NCBI GenBank assembly: GCA_016204385.1 | Contig: JACQKW010000014.1 | Location: 2,193 to 66,192, forward strand | Reading direction: 5' to 3' | Source: Candidatus Liptonbacteria bacterium | Lineage (GTDB): Bacteria; Patescibacteriota; Minisyncoccia; UBA6257; 2-01-FULL-56-20 | Length of the DNA: 64,000 nucleotides | Part shown: positions 44,695 to 54,517 of the stretch, in pieces | How positions within the stretch are numbered: the first letter of the stretch is position 1 | Layout of the letters: every line of letters starts with the position of its first letter | Position numbers and translations under genes: made by a program | The notes under the pieces: generated by a model | The model's input: only the letters and a program-made list of their open reading frames with translations | Told to the model about the DNA's origin: nothing | The model's database searches: none

Positions 44695-44777
44695 AGTCGG
44701 CGGCACATCGCATTTCACCGAGCTCTCGCGCGTTCTGTGAGCGGGGCGACGCACCACCCAAGAAAGGAAGGCGTGGC

Positions 44778-45044
44778 ATGGACGACGGCGTACTCGTTTT
44801 CAAGTTCAAGCGGCCGCTTCAGCTCGCGGCGGGCGGGATTACTCCCGGAGGAGCGATCTTTCCCATCGAGGTGATCCGGTACATCGATCTCGTGAAGAAT
44901 ACGCTGCACGTCGCGCTTCCCCATAAGCTCGAGTTTCGTGAGACCACCGTGCTCATTTTCTACGATGGCCTCGCGATCCTCGTCGAGAGGGACACCCTGG
45001 GGGAAGTTCAGTTCACAAGACACGAGAGCACCGCCGCGGCATAA
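44778..45044 (+). CDS. Hypothetical protein (88 aa)
   Basis: The promoter, SD and a terminator whose loop contains the stop codon all support the plus-strand ORF over the overlapping 149-aa minus-strand ORF. Confidence 0.55.
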   Translation: MDDGVLVFKFKRPLQLAAGGITPGGAIFPIEVIRYIDLVKNTLHVALPHKLEFRETTVLIFYDGLAILVERDTLGEVQFTRHESTAAA

Positions 45045-45058
45045 CCGCGGCTTTTTTT
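45033..45058 (+). terminator. Rho-independent terminator
   Basis: gccgcgg-cataa-ccgcggc followed by T7. Confidence 0.8.
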
Positions 45059-45102
45059 CCCAACGCTCCGGCGTATGGCCGTATCCGCACCCGTGAGGCC
45101 CC

Positions 45103-46101
45103 CTACTCCAACTCCGCTCCGCGCGAAACCTGCTCAATAAACCGCAATGGATCCACGCTCGCATCTTTTATCTTTACGGAAAAATGCAGATGCGGTTCGA
45201 GCGCATACCCCGTATCTCCCACGTGCCCGAGAACGCCGCCCCGCAAAACCTTTGCGCCCTGTTCCACGCCGATTGAATCGAGATGGAGATAGAGCGAATA
45301 AATGCCCAGCCCGTGGTCAACGACCACGGTATTCCCGTAGTTTTTAAATTGCCGCGCGAGCCGCACCGCGCCGTCGTTTACCGCCATTACGTGAGTCCCC
45401 CTCGGCGCATCAAGATCAACCCCCAAATGCTGGAGTTCCGATGATCCGCTTTTCCGTATAGTGCCGTAGGCACCGGCAATTTCCATGCGTACGAGCGGAT
45501 TCTCAAACGGCCGCGTGAAGAGCGCCGCGTGAGTGATCGCCGCGATCGCATCGCGTACGATTCGATTCTCCTCTTCCACGATATTCTCCACGATATTCTT
45601 CGGGGTGTACCCCCGCGCTTCAAGGTCCGGCGTGAGCGCAAGTTCGCTCACGGGAAAACTTCGCGTTCGCACCGTTATTTCATCCCGATACGCGCTTCCG
45701 TCCTCAAATGCGATGCGGACGCCGTATGTTCCCGGCTTCATCTTCGCATCCACCCCGTACAAACCGATCCACTCGCCGCGTTGGAACAATTCGAAGAAAT
45801 CAACATCCGTTGCGCCGACCGCTCCCGTTTGAACCTTGCGCGCCGGAGATGCCGCAATCACGAGCGTGTCGCCCTGCTCAAGCGATTGTGAAGAAAAACG
45901 GACGTACGATTTCTCGAGAACGCTCCTTTGGCTTCCCTCTTTTTCCGCCCCCTGCAGTCCGGCCTCGGGCGCAACTTCCGTCACCGCGATCGCGGCGGGC
46001 AACTGGAGCGCCTCCCCGCTTCTTGGAACAAAGGTTCGCGCAAGCAATATCATTGCGATCGAGAGGACGAGTACGACGACCAACAATGGAGCGGCTCGCA
46101 T
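45103..46101 (-). CDS. M23 family metallopeptidase
   Basis: HLGVDLDAPRGTHVMAVNDG, GNTVVVDHGLGIYSLYLHL and GDTGYALEPHLHFSV. N-terminal signal/TM. Confidence 0.85.
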   Translation of the reverse strand: MRAAPLLVVVLVLSIAMILLARTFVPRSGEALQLPAAIAVTEVAPEAGLQGAEKEGSQRSVLEKSYVRFSSQSLEQGDTLVIAASPARKVQTGAVGATDVDFFELFQRGEWIGLYGVDAKMKPGTYGVRIAFEDGSAYRDEITVRTRSFPVSELALTPDLEARGYTPKNIVENIVEEENRIVRDAIAAITHAALFTRPFENPLVRMEIAGAYGTIRKSGSSELQHLGVDLDAPRGTHVMAVNDGAVRLARQFKNYGNTVVVDHGLGIYSLYLHLDSIGVEQGAKVLRGGVLGHVGDTGYALEPHLHFSVKIKDASVDPLRFIEQVSRGAELE

Positions 46102-46125
46102 AGTACGAATGGCGCCTTTTTCCGA

Positions 46126-46587
46126 TTATTCCCCTTGGGGACCGACGCCCGCCGGAATCAGCACTTCGTTCCGCAGTTCGTCATACACGCGGTCGGTTAC
46201 CGCGTCGGTTACCTTCCCATTCTGGACAGTCACCACCGTGACGTGCGGAGTAATCACCGTTGCAAGCACCTCGCCCTCTCTGTTTCCAAAACCGGCATTC
46301 CGCGAATCAAACGAAAAAACAAATTCATAACAATCCGGGCACGGCAGGGGGCCCTCCGCCTCGTGCGTGAGATTATAGCCGTCGAAGAGATACGTGGGGG
46401 CGCTCGTTTTCACCCATTCCTGCGCAATTTCCCGGGCAATTTTGATCCCGGCATCTCCCTCCCCGCCCTGGTGCGGAGCACTCGAAACCGGTGCATTCCC
46501 CGAAAAGAGGAGCGCGAGAAACTGCCCGCCCACCAAACTAAAAGCCACGATGACCCCAACCGCAATTGCGAGAATTTTCTTCCCCAT
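46126..46587 (-). CDS. Hypothetical exported/membrane-anchored protein (153 aa)
   Basis: N-terminal TM MGKKILAIAVGVIVAFSLVGG. No recognisable motif. Confidence 0.55.
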   Translation of the reverse strand: MGKKILAIAVGVIVAFSLVGGQFLALLFSGNAPVSSAPHQGGEGDAGIKIAREIAQEWVKTSAPTYLFDGYNLTHEAEGPLPCPDCYEFVFSFDSRNAGFGNREGEVLATVITPHVTVVTVQNGKVTDAVTDRVYDELRNEVLIPAGVGPQGE

Positions 46588-46645
46588 AGGCTATGCCACA
46601 ATCAAAAAAATGTTCCCGAGAAGGCAAACCGCGCGGGCATGGCGC

Positions 46646-46885
46646 CTACTTCGCAGGCATCCCGCTCGAAGCGCCGCTCGAGCACATTTTGCAATTCTTC
46701 TTGTGCGTGGCAATCTCGTAAATCGCCGAGATCCCCACCAGTACGTAAATGATCTTGGTGATCGCCGCGTCCGGTCCTCCGAAAAGCAAGCCGATATCCC
46801 AATTGAAAATTCCCACTAAGAGCCAGTTTAGGCCCCCGACAAGGAGGAGTGTAAACGTAATTTTGTGCAATTTATCTCCGTTCAT
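46646..46885 (-). CDS. DUF378-like small membrane protein
   Basis: The ATG at 46885 gives MNGDKLHKITFTLLLVGGLNWLLVGIFNWDIGLLFGG...IIYVLVGISAIYEI. Confidence 0.65.
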   Translation of the reverse strand: MNGDKLHKITFTLLLVGGLNWLLVGIFNWDIGLLFGGPDAAITKIIYVLVGISAIYEIATHKKNCKMCSSGASSGMPAK

Positions 46886-47040
46886 CAGAGAAGCATACTT
46901 CACGTTTTTTTTCGACCTTTCAAAAAAAGAGTTATCTTTATACAGTATCGCACAGCGTGCACGGCAAGGCAAAATTCGACAATCTCGATCAAATTTTATA
47001 TGGTAAATGTACCGCAATTATCCTGCACTACCGCGCAAAA

Positions 47041-48567
47041 ATGAAATTCAAGCTCTCAAGACGCATGTTCGCGATACTCGTGATCCTCGCAGCCGCCGGA
47101 GGAGCCGCGGCATGGAACGCGCTGCGCAACGAAGGAGCCGCATACCAAACCGTTCGCGCCGCGCGAACCACGGTCGTGCAGGAAGTAAGCGTCACGGGAA
47201 GGACAGAGCCCGTCGAGGATGCCGAACTTGGGTTTGAAAACAGCGGCCGCGTAAGCCGCGTTGCCGCTTTCGTGGGCGAACGCGTGGTCAAGGGTACGCT
47301 ACTCGTCGAACTCGACGCGAAAGAACTTTCTGCGGATCTCCGCGAAGCCGAAGCGAGCGTTGAGACAGAACGCGCGAAGCTCCAGGAACTTCTGCGAGGC
47401 ACGCGAATCGAAGAGATCCGGGTGCAGGAAGCAAAAGTGGGCGAAACAGGAATCGCTCGCGAGAACGCAGAAATAGCAGTCCGAGACGCCATCCGCGAAG
47501 CGTTCATACAGGCGGATGACGCGATCAGAAACAAAGTGGATCAGTTCTTTACCGACCCGCAACGCGCAAACCCTCAACTTACATTCGAGCTTCCGAACGC
47601 AACGCTCAAAAAGGCGATCGAAACCGAACGGGCTGCCCTTGAGCACACGCTGCGCGCATGGAATACTACGCTTCTTGAGATCAGTGCGCCTCCCGCAAGG
47701 AACAATTTGAATCAGGTTCAGTCGTTTTTGAGTAACGTCGCGGAGGGCTTAAGCGTGGTTGCTCCCGCGGGGTCCATTACGCAGGCCAATATTGATAAAT
47801 ATCGCGCGGACGTCGCCGCCGCGCGCGTGAACGTAAGCGGCGCCACGAACAACCTCTCGACGGCAGAAGAAAAATTCAGAAATGCAGAAACGTCGCTCAC
47901 GGTACAAGAACGCGAGCTTGCCTTAGCGCGCGCGGGCGCGGCGCAAGAAGAAATTGACGCGCAGGCGGCACAACTGCGGCAAGCGGAAGCGCGTGTGCAG
48001 GTAACGCAGGCCCAAATCGCCAAACGCATCCTTCGGTCGCCTATCACCGGCGTCGTCACGGTACAGAACGGGAAATTGGGTGAAATTATCGCGGCGAACA
48101 CGCCGATCGTGTCGGTCATCTCCGACGAAGCATTTGAGATCGAAGCGAACATCTCCGAGGCAGACATCGTCAAGGTCAAATTAGGCGATCCCGCGGCGCT
48201 CACGCTCGACGCCTATGGAGCGGACGTTGTGTTTAAGGCAAGCGTAAGCGCCATCGACCCCGCGGAAACCGTAATCGAGGGCGTTACCACATACAAAACA
48301 ACGCTGCAATTCGACGCCACCAATGTCCCGATCCGTTCCAATATGACCGCGAACATAGACATTTTAACCGCGGAGAAGCGCGACGCGCTCTCCATCCCAC
48401 AACGGGCAATCTTTACGAAAAACGGAGGGAAATTCGTTCGCGTCGTCAAGGGGACGGGGCTGCAGGAAGTTCGGGTGGAAACGGGGCTTCTCGGATCTGA
48501 CGGCACAGTAGAGATCACCTCGGGGCTCCGCGAGGGCGAAGAAGTAGTCACCTTCATCGAAACATAA
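47041..48567 (+). CDS. Efflux transporter periplasmic adaptor (HlyD/MacA family)
   Basis: N-terminal TM, a long coiled-coil (LQELLRGTRIEEI...AQLRQAEARVQVTQAQIAK), then beta-barrel segments ILRSPITGVVT. Confidence 0.8.
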   Translation: MKFKLSRRMFAILVILAAAGGAAAWNALRNEGAAYQTVRAARTTVVQEVSVTGRTEPVEDAELGFENSGRVSRVAAFVGERVVKGTLLVELDAKELSADLREAEASVETERAKLQELLRGTRIEEIRVQEAKVGETGIARENAEIAVRDAIREAFIQADDAIRNKVDQFFTDPQRANPQLTFELPNATLKKAIETERAALEHTLRAWNTTLLEISAPPARNNLNQVQSFLSNVAEGLSVVAPAGSITQANIDKYRADVAAARVNVSGATNNLSTAEEKFRNAETSLTVQERELALARAGAAQEEIDAQAAQLRQAEARVQVTQAQIAKRILRSPITGVVTVQNGKLGEIIAANTPIVSVISDEAFEIEANISEADIVKVKLGDPAALTLDAYGADVVFKASVSAIDPAETVIEGVTTYKTTLQFDATNVPIRSNMTANIDILTAEKRDALSIPQRAIFTKNGGKFVRVVKGTGLQEVRVETGLLGSDGTVEITSGLREGEEVVTFIET

Positions 48568-48582
48568 GAGGGACATCTCCTC

Positions 48583-49305
48583 GTGGCGCTCATCGAAGTC
48601 GAACAACTCTCAAAAACCTACCGCGACGGAGCAACAGAGACTCGCGCGGTGCAGGGAGTTTCCTTTCAAATTCACGAAGGAGAATTTGTGGCGATCATGG
48701 GGCCATCGGGATCTGGAAAATCAACCATCCTCCACATTATGGGATTTTTAGACACGCCTACCGGCGGCATATACCGATTCGAAGGGAAGCACGTTCGGCA
48801 CTATTCAGACAAAGAGCGCGCGCACGTGCGAAACAGGAAAATGGGGTTTGTATTCCAAGCGTTCAATCTCCTGCCGCGAACGACGGTGTATGAGAACGTG
48901 AAACTCCCTCTCTTTTATTCCGACGTGCCGGAGTCCGAGTGGGACGCGCGCGTGAGAAGCGCGATTGCATCCGTGAACCTCTCGCACCGCGCGGAGTACG
49001 ACACCACTCGGCTCTCGGGAGGCGAGAAGCAGCGAGCCGCAATCGCCCGCGCGCTCGTGATGAATCCCCCGCTCATCTTCGCGGATGAGCCCACGGGCAA
49101 CCTCGATTCAAAATCCGGAGCAGTGGTCATGGAAACGCTCCAGAAACTGAACGAAGCGCACGGCCGCACGATTATCCTTATCACCCATGAAACGCTTACC
49201 GCAGAACACGCGGGGCGAATCCTCCATGTGAGAGACGGGAAAATCGAGGTCGATATCCATGTCGCACAGCGGCGCACCGCGCACAGCCACGAATTCTCAA
49301 AATGA
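48583..49305 (+). CDS. ABC transporter ATP-binding protein (MacB/LolD-like)
   Basis: Walker A GPSGSGKST, signature LSGGEKQR, Walker B LIFADEPT. GTG start. Confidence 0.9.
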   Translation: MALIEVEQLSKTYRDGATETRAVQGVSFQIHEGEFVAIMGPSGSGKSTILHIMGFLDTPTGGIYRFEGKHVRHYSDKERAHVRNRKMGFVFQAFNLLPRTTVYENVKLPLFYSDVPESEWDARVRSAIASVNLSHRAEYDTTRLSGGEKQRAAIARALVMNPPLIFADEPTGNLDSKSGAVVMETLQKLNEAHGRTIILITHETLTAEHAGRILHVRDGKIEVDIHVAQRRTAHSHEFSK

Positions 49306-50540
49306 AGCTGTCCCACACATTCGCTATCGCGCTCGTGGGGCTCAAAACCCACAAATCGCGTTCCGCGCTTACCATCCTCGGCATCGTGATCGGCATCACG
49401 GCAATCATCCTCATCATGTCGCTCGGCAAAAGCGCGCAGGATCTCATTTTGGGGCAAATCCAAGGACTCGGTTCAAAAACTATCGTGGTTATCCCGGGCC
49501 GGGAACCCCGGGGACCAAGCGACGTCGCGCAAATCTTCAGCGATTCTCTCAAAGAACGCGATCTCGAGGCGCTTCAAAAAAAATCGAATGTGCCTACCCT
49601 TTCACGCGTCATGCCGGTGCTCTTCGGCGGGGACACCGCGTCGTACCTCGGTGAGACCTATCGCCTCACCGCGTTCGGCGCAACCGATTTGATTACGGAA
49701 CTATTTGACCTCTCGGTCGCGGAGGGAATGTTTTTCTCGGAGTCCGACATACAAAGCCGCGGGAGCGTAGTAGTTATTGGATCGAAAGTGAAGCAGGAAC
49801 TTTTCGGAAACCAAGGAGCGCTCGGCGAGAAAATAAAGATCAAAGAGCGGAATTATCGCGTGATCGGCATACTTCCGAAGAAAGGCCAGGTGTCGTTTTT
49901 TAACTTCGACGAAACTGCGATCATTCCCTACACCACCGCGCAGCAATACGTGTTTGGGATAAAACATTTTCACCGCTTCATCGTTGAGGCAACCGAGGAA
50001 TCCCTCATTCCCCAGACCGTAAAAGACATCGAGCTCACGCTCCGCGAGAACCATGGGATTACCGATCCGGACAAAGACGATTTTTTCGTGGAGACCCAAG
50101 CTGATCTCGCACGCCGCCTCGGAACGATCACCGACATCCTTACGCTTTTCCTTGTCTCGGTGGCTGCCATCTCGCTCGTCGTGGGGGGCATTGGCATCAT
50201 GAATATCATGCTCGTGTCGGTCACCGAGCGCACGCGCGAGATTGGACTCCGCAAGGCGCTCGGCGCCACCGAAGCGGACATATTGAATCAATTTCTGCTT
50301 GAGGCGATGACGCTCACGGGCACGGGCGGCGTTCTCGGAATCATGTTCGGTGCGGTTCTTTCGTTTGCGGCGTCAGTAATCCTCACGCGATTCGTCGGAC
50401 TCGGATGGACGTTTACGTTTCCCGTGCCCGCGGCGCTTATCGGCCTCGGCGTCTCCGCGCTTATCGGCCTTGTGTTTGGGATATACCCTGCCCGTGAGGC
50501 CTCCTTAAAAAATCCGATAGATGCGTTGCGGTATGAGTGA
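49302..50540 (+). CDS. ABC transporter permease (MacB/FtsX-like)
   Basis: MacB periplasmic domain plus the FtsX C-terminal helices, RTREIGLRKALGA. 4-nt overlap with the ATPase gene. Confidence 0.9.
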   Translation: MKLSHTFAIALVGLKTHKSRSALTILGIVIGITAIILIMSLGKSAQDLILGQIQGLGSKTIVVIPGREPRGPSDVAQIFSDSLKERDLEALQKKSNVPTLSRVMPVLFGGDTASYLGETYRLTAFGATDLITELFDLSVAEGMFFSESDIQSRGSVVVIGSKVKQELFGNQGALGEKIKIKERNYRVIGILPKKGQVSFFNFDETAIIPYTTAQQYVFGIKHFHRFIVEATEESLIPQTVKDIELTLRENHGITDPDKDDFFVETQADLARRLGTITDILTLFLVSVAAISLVVGGIGIMNIMLVSVTERTREIGLRKALGATEADILNQFLLEAMTLTGTGGVLGIMFGAVLSFAASVILTRFVGLGWTFTFPVPAALIGLGVSALIGLVFGIYPAREASLKNPIDALRYE

Positions 50541-50573
50541 GCGCTCTATGATCTAAAAATTGCCTTTGTATAG

Positions 50574-50598
50574 AAAAAGGCTCGCCGCGCGGCGAGCC
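50574..50598 (-). terminator. Rho-independent terminator (minus strand)
   Basis: ggctcgcc-gcgc-ggcgagcc. On the minus strand it is followed by tttttct. Confidence 0.65.
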
Positions 50599-50611
50599 TG
50601 TAGTGCACGAA

Positions 50612-50911
50612 TCAGATCTTCACCCTGAAGGAAACGAAAGAGCCGTTACTGTGGGGATGGATGCCGGAGACGCTACCACCCTCAACCTCGTTCATGAGAA
50701 GCAGATCGTGGATTTCCCCAAGATCCGCTCGGTACTGGGGAAAATCGGTCTGGAGCTCGGTCACCAGTCCACCCGTCTCGAGTGTGTCCTTAAGCCTCTC
50801 GAGCACGGAGAGATTCCCGGAAACCACTCCGGGAACCGACACCTTCACAACGAACACGCGATTCTCGCGACTCGGCGAACAGTCCACATTGAGCCTATCC
50901 TCCGTCTGCAT
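50612..50911 (-). CDS. Hypothetical protein (99 aa)
   Basis: Strong SD ctaaggaggagcggg before the ATG, and its own terminator. No family recognised. Confidence 0.55.
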   Translation of the reverse strand: MQTEDRLNVDCSPSRENRVFVVKVSVPGVVSGNLSVLERLKDTLETGGLVTELQTDFPQYRADLGEIHDLLLMNEVEGGSVSGIHPHSNGSFVSFRVKI

Positions 50912-51063
50912 CCCGCTCCTCCTTAGTGAAAAGGGTTCGCGCTTGAAATACCTCTCTTATTGTGCGTGAAAAACACGCGATTGTCAAAACATCGAGTTAT
51001 GCACAAAAATCTTTTTCCCCACCCACAAGCCGTCGGTCCTCGGCGGCTTAATCCTCCACAAAT

Positions 51064-51094
51064 AAAAAAGAGCCAAGCGCATTGGCGCCTGGCT
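51064..51094 (-). terminator. Rho-independent terminator (minus strand)
   Basis: agccaagcgc-attg-gcgcctggct (one mismatch). On the minus strand it is followed by cttttttatt. Confidence 0.6.
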
Positions 51095-52036
51095 TTATAC
51101 GGTACCCGGAAACACTTCGAACACTGTATACGTTTCGTACTCGCGGATTACTCTTAGCTGTATGGATCCGAGGCGAACTTCGGGTCGGTCGAGCGCCGAC
51201 TCTGCAAGTTCCATTTGCCTGGTTTTCTTGCCATCCCACTCGATGAGATCGGCAATCTCCCGCCAAAGCCCGTTCTTCCTTCCGTGCGGGAGATGATGCT
51301 CCATCATTTCCGCAAGCAGGTAGGGCGTCCTCGATAAACTCGATGTCTCGATCCTGTCCTTCGCAGCCCCGACGCACTTTGGGTTTCGGAATCCCTTTCT
51401 GGACTTCCCGTAGTGGTGAAGCAGCAGGTCGAGGTAGCGCGCAAGGCCTCTCATGTGCCTTCCGAGCCCGACATTCAACTCCCGTTCCGCGTAGTAGACG
51501 TCGCGGAGAAAAAACTCGTCGCTCACGGACACGCTAAAGCGCGTCCCTCGTGGTTGCGGCTTGTGGTTTTCGGACGCGAAGATCCTCCTCTGCTTTCGGC
51601 TGTAATACGCCCGGTGCGTGCGCACGTAAAAAGGATTCCCGGGCCCGCACTTCCATGCCGCAAAACGCTCATCGGCGATGCACTGGAGCCGATTGAATAC
51701 TACGGGCGCAACGGCGCGGTATTGCTCCTCCGAAAGGGAGAGCCAATTGCGCCTCCCTCCGATATGGGATGCGGCGGGGGTTTTGCTTCGGGCGTATGCC
51801 TCGTGATACGGGCGGGATTTCCTCTGCCCTATTTCAGAGAGCAGCGCCTCGTCGAACTGCCTGCCGAATGCCTCTCCGGAACCCACGACCGCGATCACCT
51901 GCAGGCCGGGATCGGGATTCTTCGTCTCGCGGATAAAATTCTCGCGAACCTCGAGTACGATCTCCGCTTCTCTTCTCACCCGCTTGACGTCCCTTCGCAC
52001 GAGCTCTGGAATCATATCCGGACGTATTCCGCGCAC
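51095..52036 (-). CDS. Hypothetical protein (313 aa)
   Basis: GTG start preceded by a strong SD (aaaggaggtg, 9 nt upstream). Arg/His-rich, with no motif I recognise. Confidence 0.6.
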   Translation of the reverse strand: MRGIRPDMIPELVRRDVKRVRREAEIVLEVRENFIRETKNPDPGLQVIAVVGSGEAFGRQFDEALLSEIGQRKSRPYHEAYARSKTPAASHIGGRRNWLSLSEEQYRAVAPVVFNRLQCIADERFAAWKCGPGNPFYVRTHRAYYSRKQRRIFASENHKPQPRGTRFSVSVSDEFFLRDVYYAERELNVGLGRHMRGLARYLDLLLHHYGKSRKGFRNPKCVGAAKDRIETSSLSRTPYLLAEMMEHHLPHGRKNGLWREIADLIEWDGKKTRQMELAESALDRPEVRLGSIQLRVIREYETYTVFEVFPGTV

Positions 52037-52096
52037 GAACGTTCACCTCCTTTCCGATTCAAGAGTTAAGTTTCTACTCTTATTGATACAGGAAAA

Positions 52097-52954
52097 TCAC
52101 CGTTCTGTAAACACCTGAATTTTTTCTCCTCTTCGTACGAGCTTCACCGTGCCGTCCCGATCGGTACGGAACAGGTGCGGCGTGAACGCCGAAATCCGCC
52201 CGCGCGCCTCTTCGGTCGGGTGGCCGTATCGGTTTTGCCCCACCTCGATCACGGTTATCTTCGGCCCCACTTCTTTAAGAAATCGGTCGCTTGAAGAATA
52301 CTTCGAACCATGGTGAGGGATTTTCAGAATATCGGCCTGCAGATTGTTCCGGTCTGCGAGATATTCCTCCACGTTCGAGCCAATGTCGCCGGTAAAGAGC
52401 CCGCGGAACCGCGGCGAATTGACCATCATGACCAGGCTTGTATCGTTCAATTCGCCGCTTCCGATCCATTCTCCGTCCGGGGAAAGAACCGAGACCGAGT
52501 GGTCGCGATATGAGAGCGAATCGCCTGCGCCGAGCACGACATGCGGCGTGCGTCCCGCCTGTAGCTTCTCCGTAAGCATGAACCACTCGGGCTGCTCCAC
52601 GCTCCTCCCGTTCGTCGCAAAAACACCGAAACGGTATCTGCCAAGGAGAGTGTTGAACCCGTTAAAATGGTCGAGCTGGGGATGCGTGATTACCGCCACG
52701 TCTATATACCGATCGGCGGATCCCAAAATGCGCTCGAGACTCCGCAACACTTTTCCATCGGGCCCCGCGTCTATAAGAATCTTTACGTTTCCCGGCAGCA
52801 CGATAAGCTCGCTGTCGCCTTGTCCGACATCCAAAAAATAAAGCTCGGGGCGGTCGCGTGAGCCCCCAAGAAACACCTGCGACCAAAGAAAAACATCGAG
52901 CGCGATGCATGCGGCAAGGATAAGCACATGAATGTTTTTATCGCGTGTGCTCAT
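52097..52954 (-). CDS. MBL-fold metallo-hydrolase (ComEC C-terminal beta-lactamase-like module as a separate gene)
   Basis: HPQLDHFNG metal motif, DVGQGDS, HHGS, and an N-terminal TM. ATGA overlap with the upstream ComEC gene. Confidence 0.8.
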   Translation of the reverse strand: MSTRDKNIHVLILAACIALDVFLWSQVFLGGSRDRPELYFLDVGQGDSELIVLPGNVKILIDAGPDGKVLRSLERILGSADRYIDVAVITHPQLDHFNGFNTLLGRYRFGVFATNGRSVEQPEWFMLTEKLQAGRTPHVVLGAGDSLSYRDHSVSVLSPDGEWIGSGELNDTSLVMMVNSPRFRGLFTGDIGSNVEEYLADRNNLQADILKIPHHGSKYSSSDRFLKEVGPKITVIEVGQNRYGHPTEEARGRISAFTPHLFRTDRDGTVKLVRRGEKIQVFTER

Positions 52955-54423
52955 GGTCTCGGAGCCGTGCGGCGGTTAAAATTCATCGTAAACCACAAGA
53001 CCGCGCCGTAATACAGGGCAACAAGCGGCACTGACGCGAAGCGTATCGAAAACCGCACGGCCGAAAAAAATCCTATCACGCCTATCTGAAAATGAAGGAG
53101 AAGGCTCACCATCCATGCAAGCATTGCGCCTATCGGCGCGAGGAGAGCGTTCATGCCCGCGAGCACGAAACCGAAGAACATAGTGAGCGGCACAGTGCCG
53201 AGAATGAGCACGTTTGCCGCAAGCGAGGTAAGCGAAAAATCGCCGAACGACAGGATAAGGAGCGGCGCCACGGCAAGTTGCGCGGCGGCGGTGGTTCGTA
53301 AATTCTCGCGCCACGAAAGGATGCCTTTTAGAGGAGGAGTGCGGCGCCGCGTGATCCGCAGAATGCAATTCTCGATCGCGGGCCCTATATACACGATGCC
53401 AAGCAGACTCAAAAACGAGAGCGCGAAGCCCAGATCAAACCGCACGACGGCGGGATCGAAGAGCGCCATCCCGGCCGCGGTGAGCGTGACCGGATTTCGA
53501 AAACTATGAATTTTCCCGATGTCTTTCGCAAGAAGAACCAGGAACCCCATAATCGCCGCGCGCACGACCGATGCCTCGGCTCCCACCATGAGCACGAAAA
53601 GGACGATGACTGCGGTCGTGAGCACAAAGGTGATTCTTCGGGAAAGGAAATATCCAAAGACGCCAGAGACCGCGAGCACGAGTATCCCGATGTTATACCC
53701 CGAAAGCGCCACAAGGTGGGTGGTGCCGCTTCGGGACATTTGCTCCTTTAATTCCCGCGTGAAGTCGGATCGCGCGCCCAAGGTAAGCCCCGAGAGAAGC
53801 GCGGCGGAATCCGCGGGGAGCGTCTGCTTGAACTGCGCCACCATTTTTTGTTTTAGGGCAAAAAGCGTTTCTTTTATCCAGAATCCCCGATGCGCCTCGA
53901 CAAATTCCATTTTCGGAAACACCGAAACCGGAGACGATACCCTGTCCTCCGGCGCATTGATCTTGCCGTCAAATGAAATGAGGTCGCCGTAACGGCGCTC
54001 GGGGGCCACACCCGTGACCACGTCAATGCGCCCCGCAAAGGGGGGTTCAAGCGCCACCACGAACCGCTGTGACCTTTCGGTGAACTTCGGCTCGCGCGCC
54101 ACCACTCCCGAAAACTGAATGCGTTCGTCGTACGGCACATTCATATGCGCATCGCGGACATTCAAGAACAGATGGAAATAGAAGATACCGAAACACAGCG
54201 AGAGAAACGCCGCCGCGTAATAGCGCGGAGGAATCCGGATAGATAGCCACAGTGCCCCGCCCAATGCGCCGAGCGTGCCGAGTACAACGCGCGCATCCCA
54301 CGCCGTGGACGCCGCAAGGACGCCGAAAAGAAACGCAATCGCTCCGACGAAGAGAAGATTCGCGGGAACTTCAAAAAAGTCCGCGCGTTCACCTACGCCC
54401 GGCGGGAGTTCTGTTTTCTCCAT
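52951..54423 (-). CDS. comEC: ComEC/Rec2 competence channel protein (DUF4131 plus competence domain only)
   Basis: Polytopic. OB-like N-terminal part (FSGVVAREPKFTERSQRFVV), then the competence-domain helices (SGTTHLVALSGYNIGIL...). Confidence 0.85.
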   Translation of the reverse strand: MEKTELPPGVGERADFFEVPANLLFVGAIAFLFGVLAASTAWDARVVLGTLGALGGALWLSIRIPPRYYAAAFLSLCFGIFYFHLFLNVRDAHMNVPYDERIQFSGVVAREPKFTERSQRFVVALEPPFAGRIDVVTGVAPERRYGDLISFDGKINAPEDRVSSPVSVFPKMEFVEAHRGFWIKETLFALKQKMVAQFKQTLPADSAALLSGLTLGARSDFTRELKEQMSRSGTTHLVALSGYNIGILVLAVSGVFGYFLSRRITFVLTTAVIVLFVLMVGAEASVVRAAIMGFLVLLAKDIGKIHSFRNPVTLTAAGMALFDPAVVRFDLGFALSFLSLLGIVYIGPAIENCILRITRRRTPPLKGILSWRENLRTTAAAQLAVAPLLILSFGDFSLTSLAANVLILGTVPLTMFFGFVLAGMNALLAPIGAMLAWMVSLLLHFQIGVIGFFSAVRFSIRFASVPLVALYYGAVLWFTMNFNRRTAPRP

Positions 54424-54437
54424 TGCTTTATATTAAC

Positions 54438-54480
54438 AAAAAAAGACCCTCTGGCGCTTCCGAAGAAGCGCTCGAGGGTC
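54438..54480 (-). terminator. Strong hairpin plus T7 immediately upstream of the comEC start
   Basis: gaccctctggcgcttc-cgaa-gaagcgctcgagggtc. On the minus strand it is followed by T7, which ends 14 nt before the comEC ATG. Confidence 0.7.
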
Positions 54481-54517
54481 AAAGGGTCCTGATCCGAACG
54501 GCCAAAGAGCCGAAGGA

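Noticed and set aside
44715-45164. 149-aa minus-strand ORF between dinB and the M23 peptidase gene.
   Set aside because: It overlaps the peptidase 3' end. The plus-strand 88-aa ORF has a consensus promoter, an SD and a terminator spanning its stop codon.
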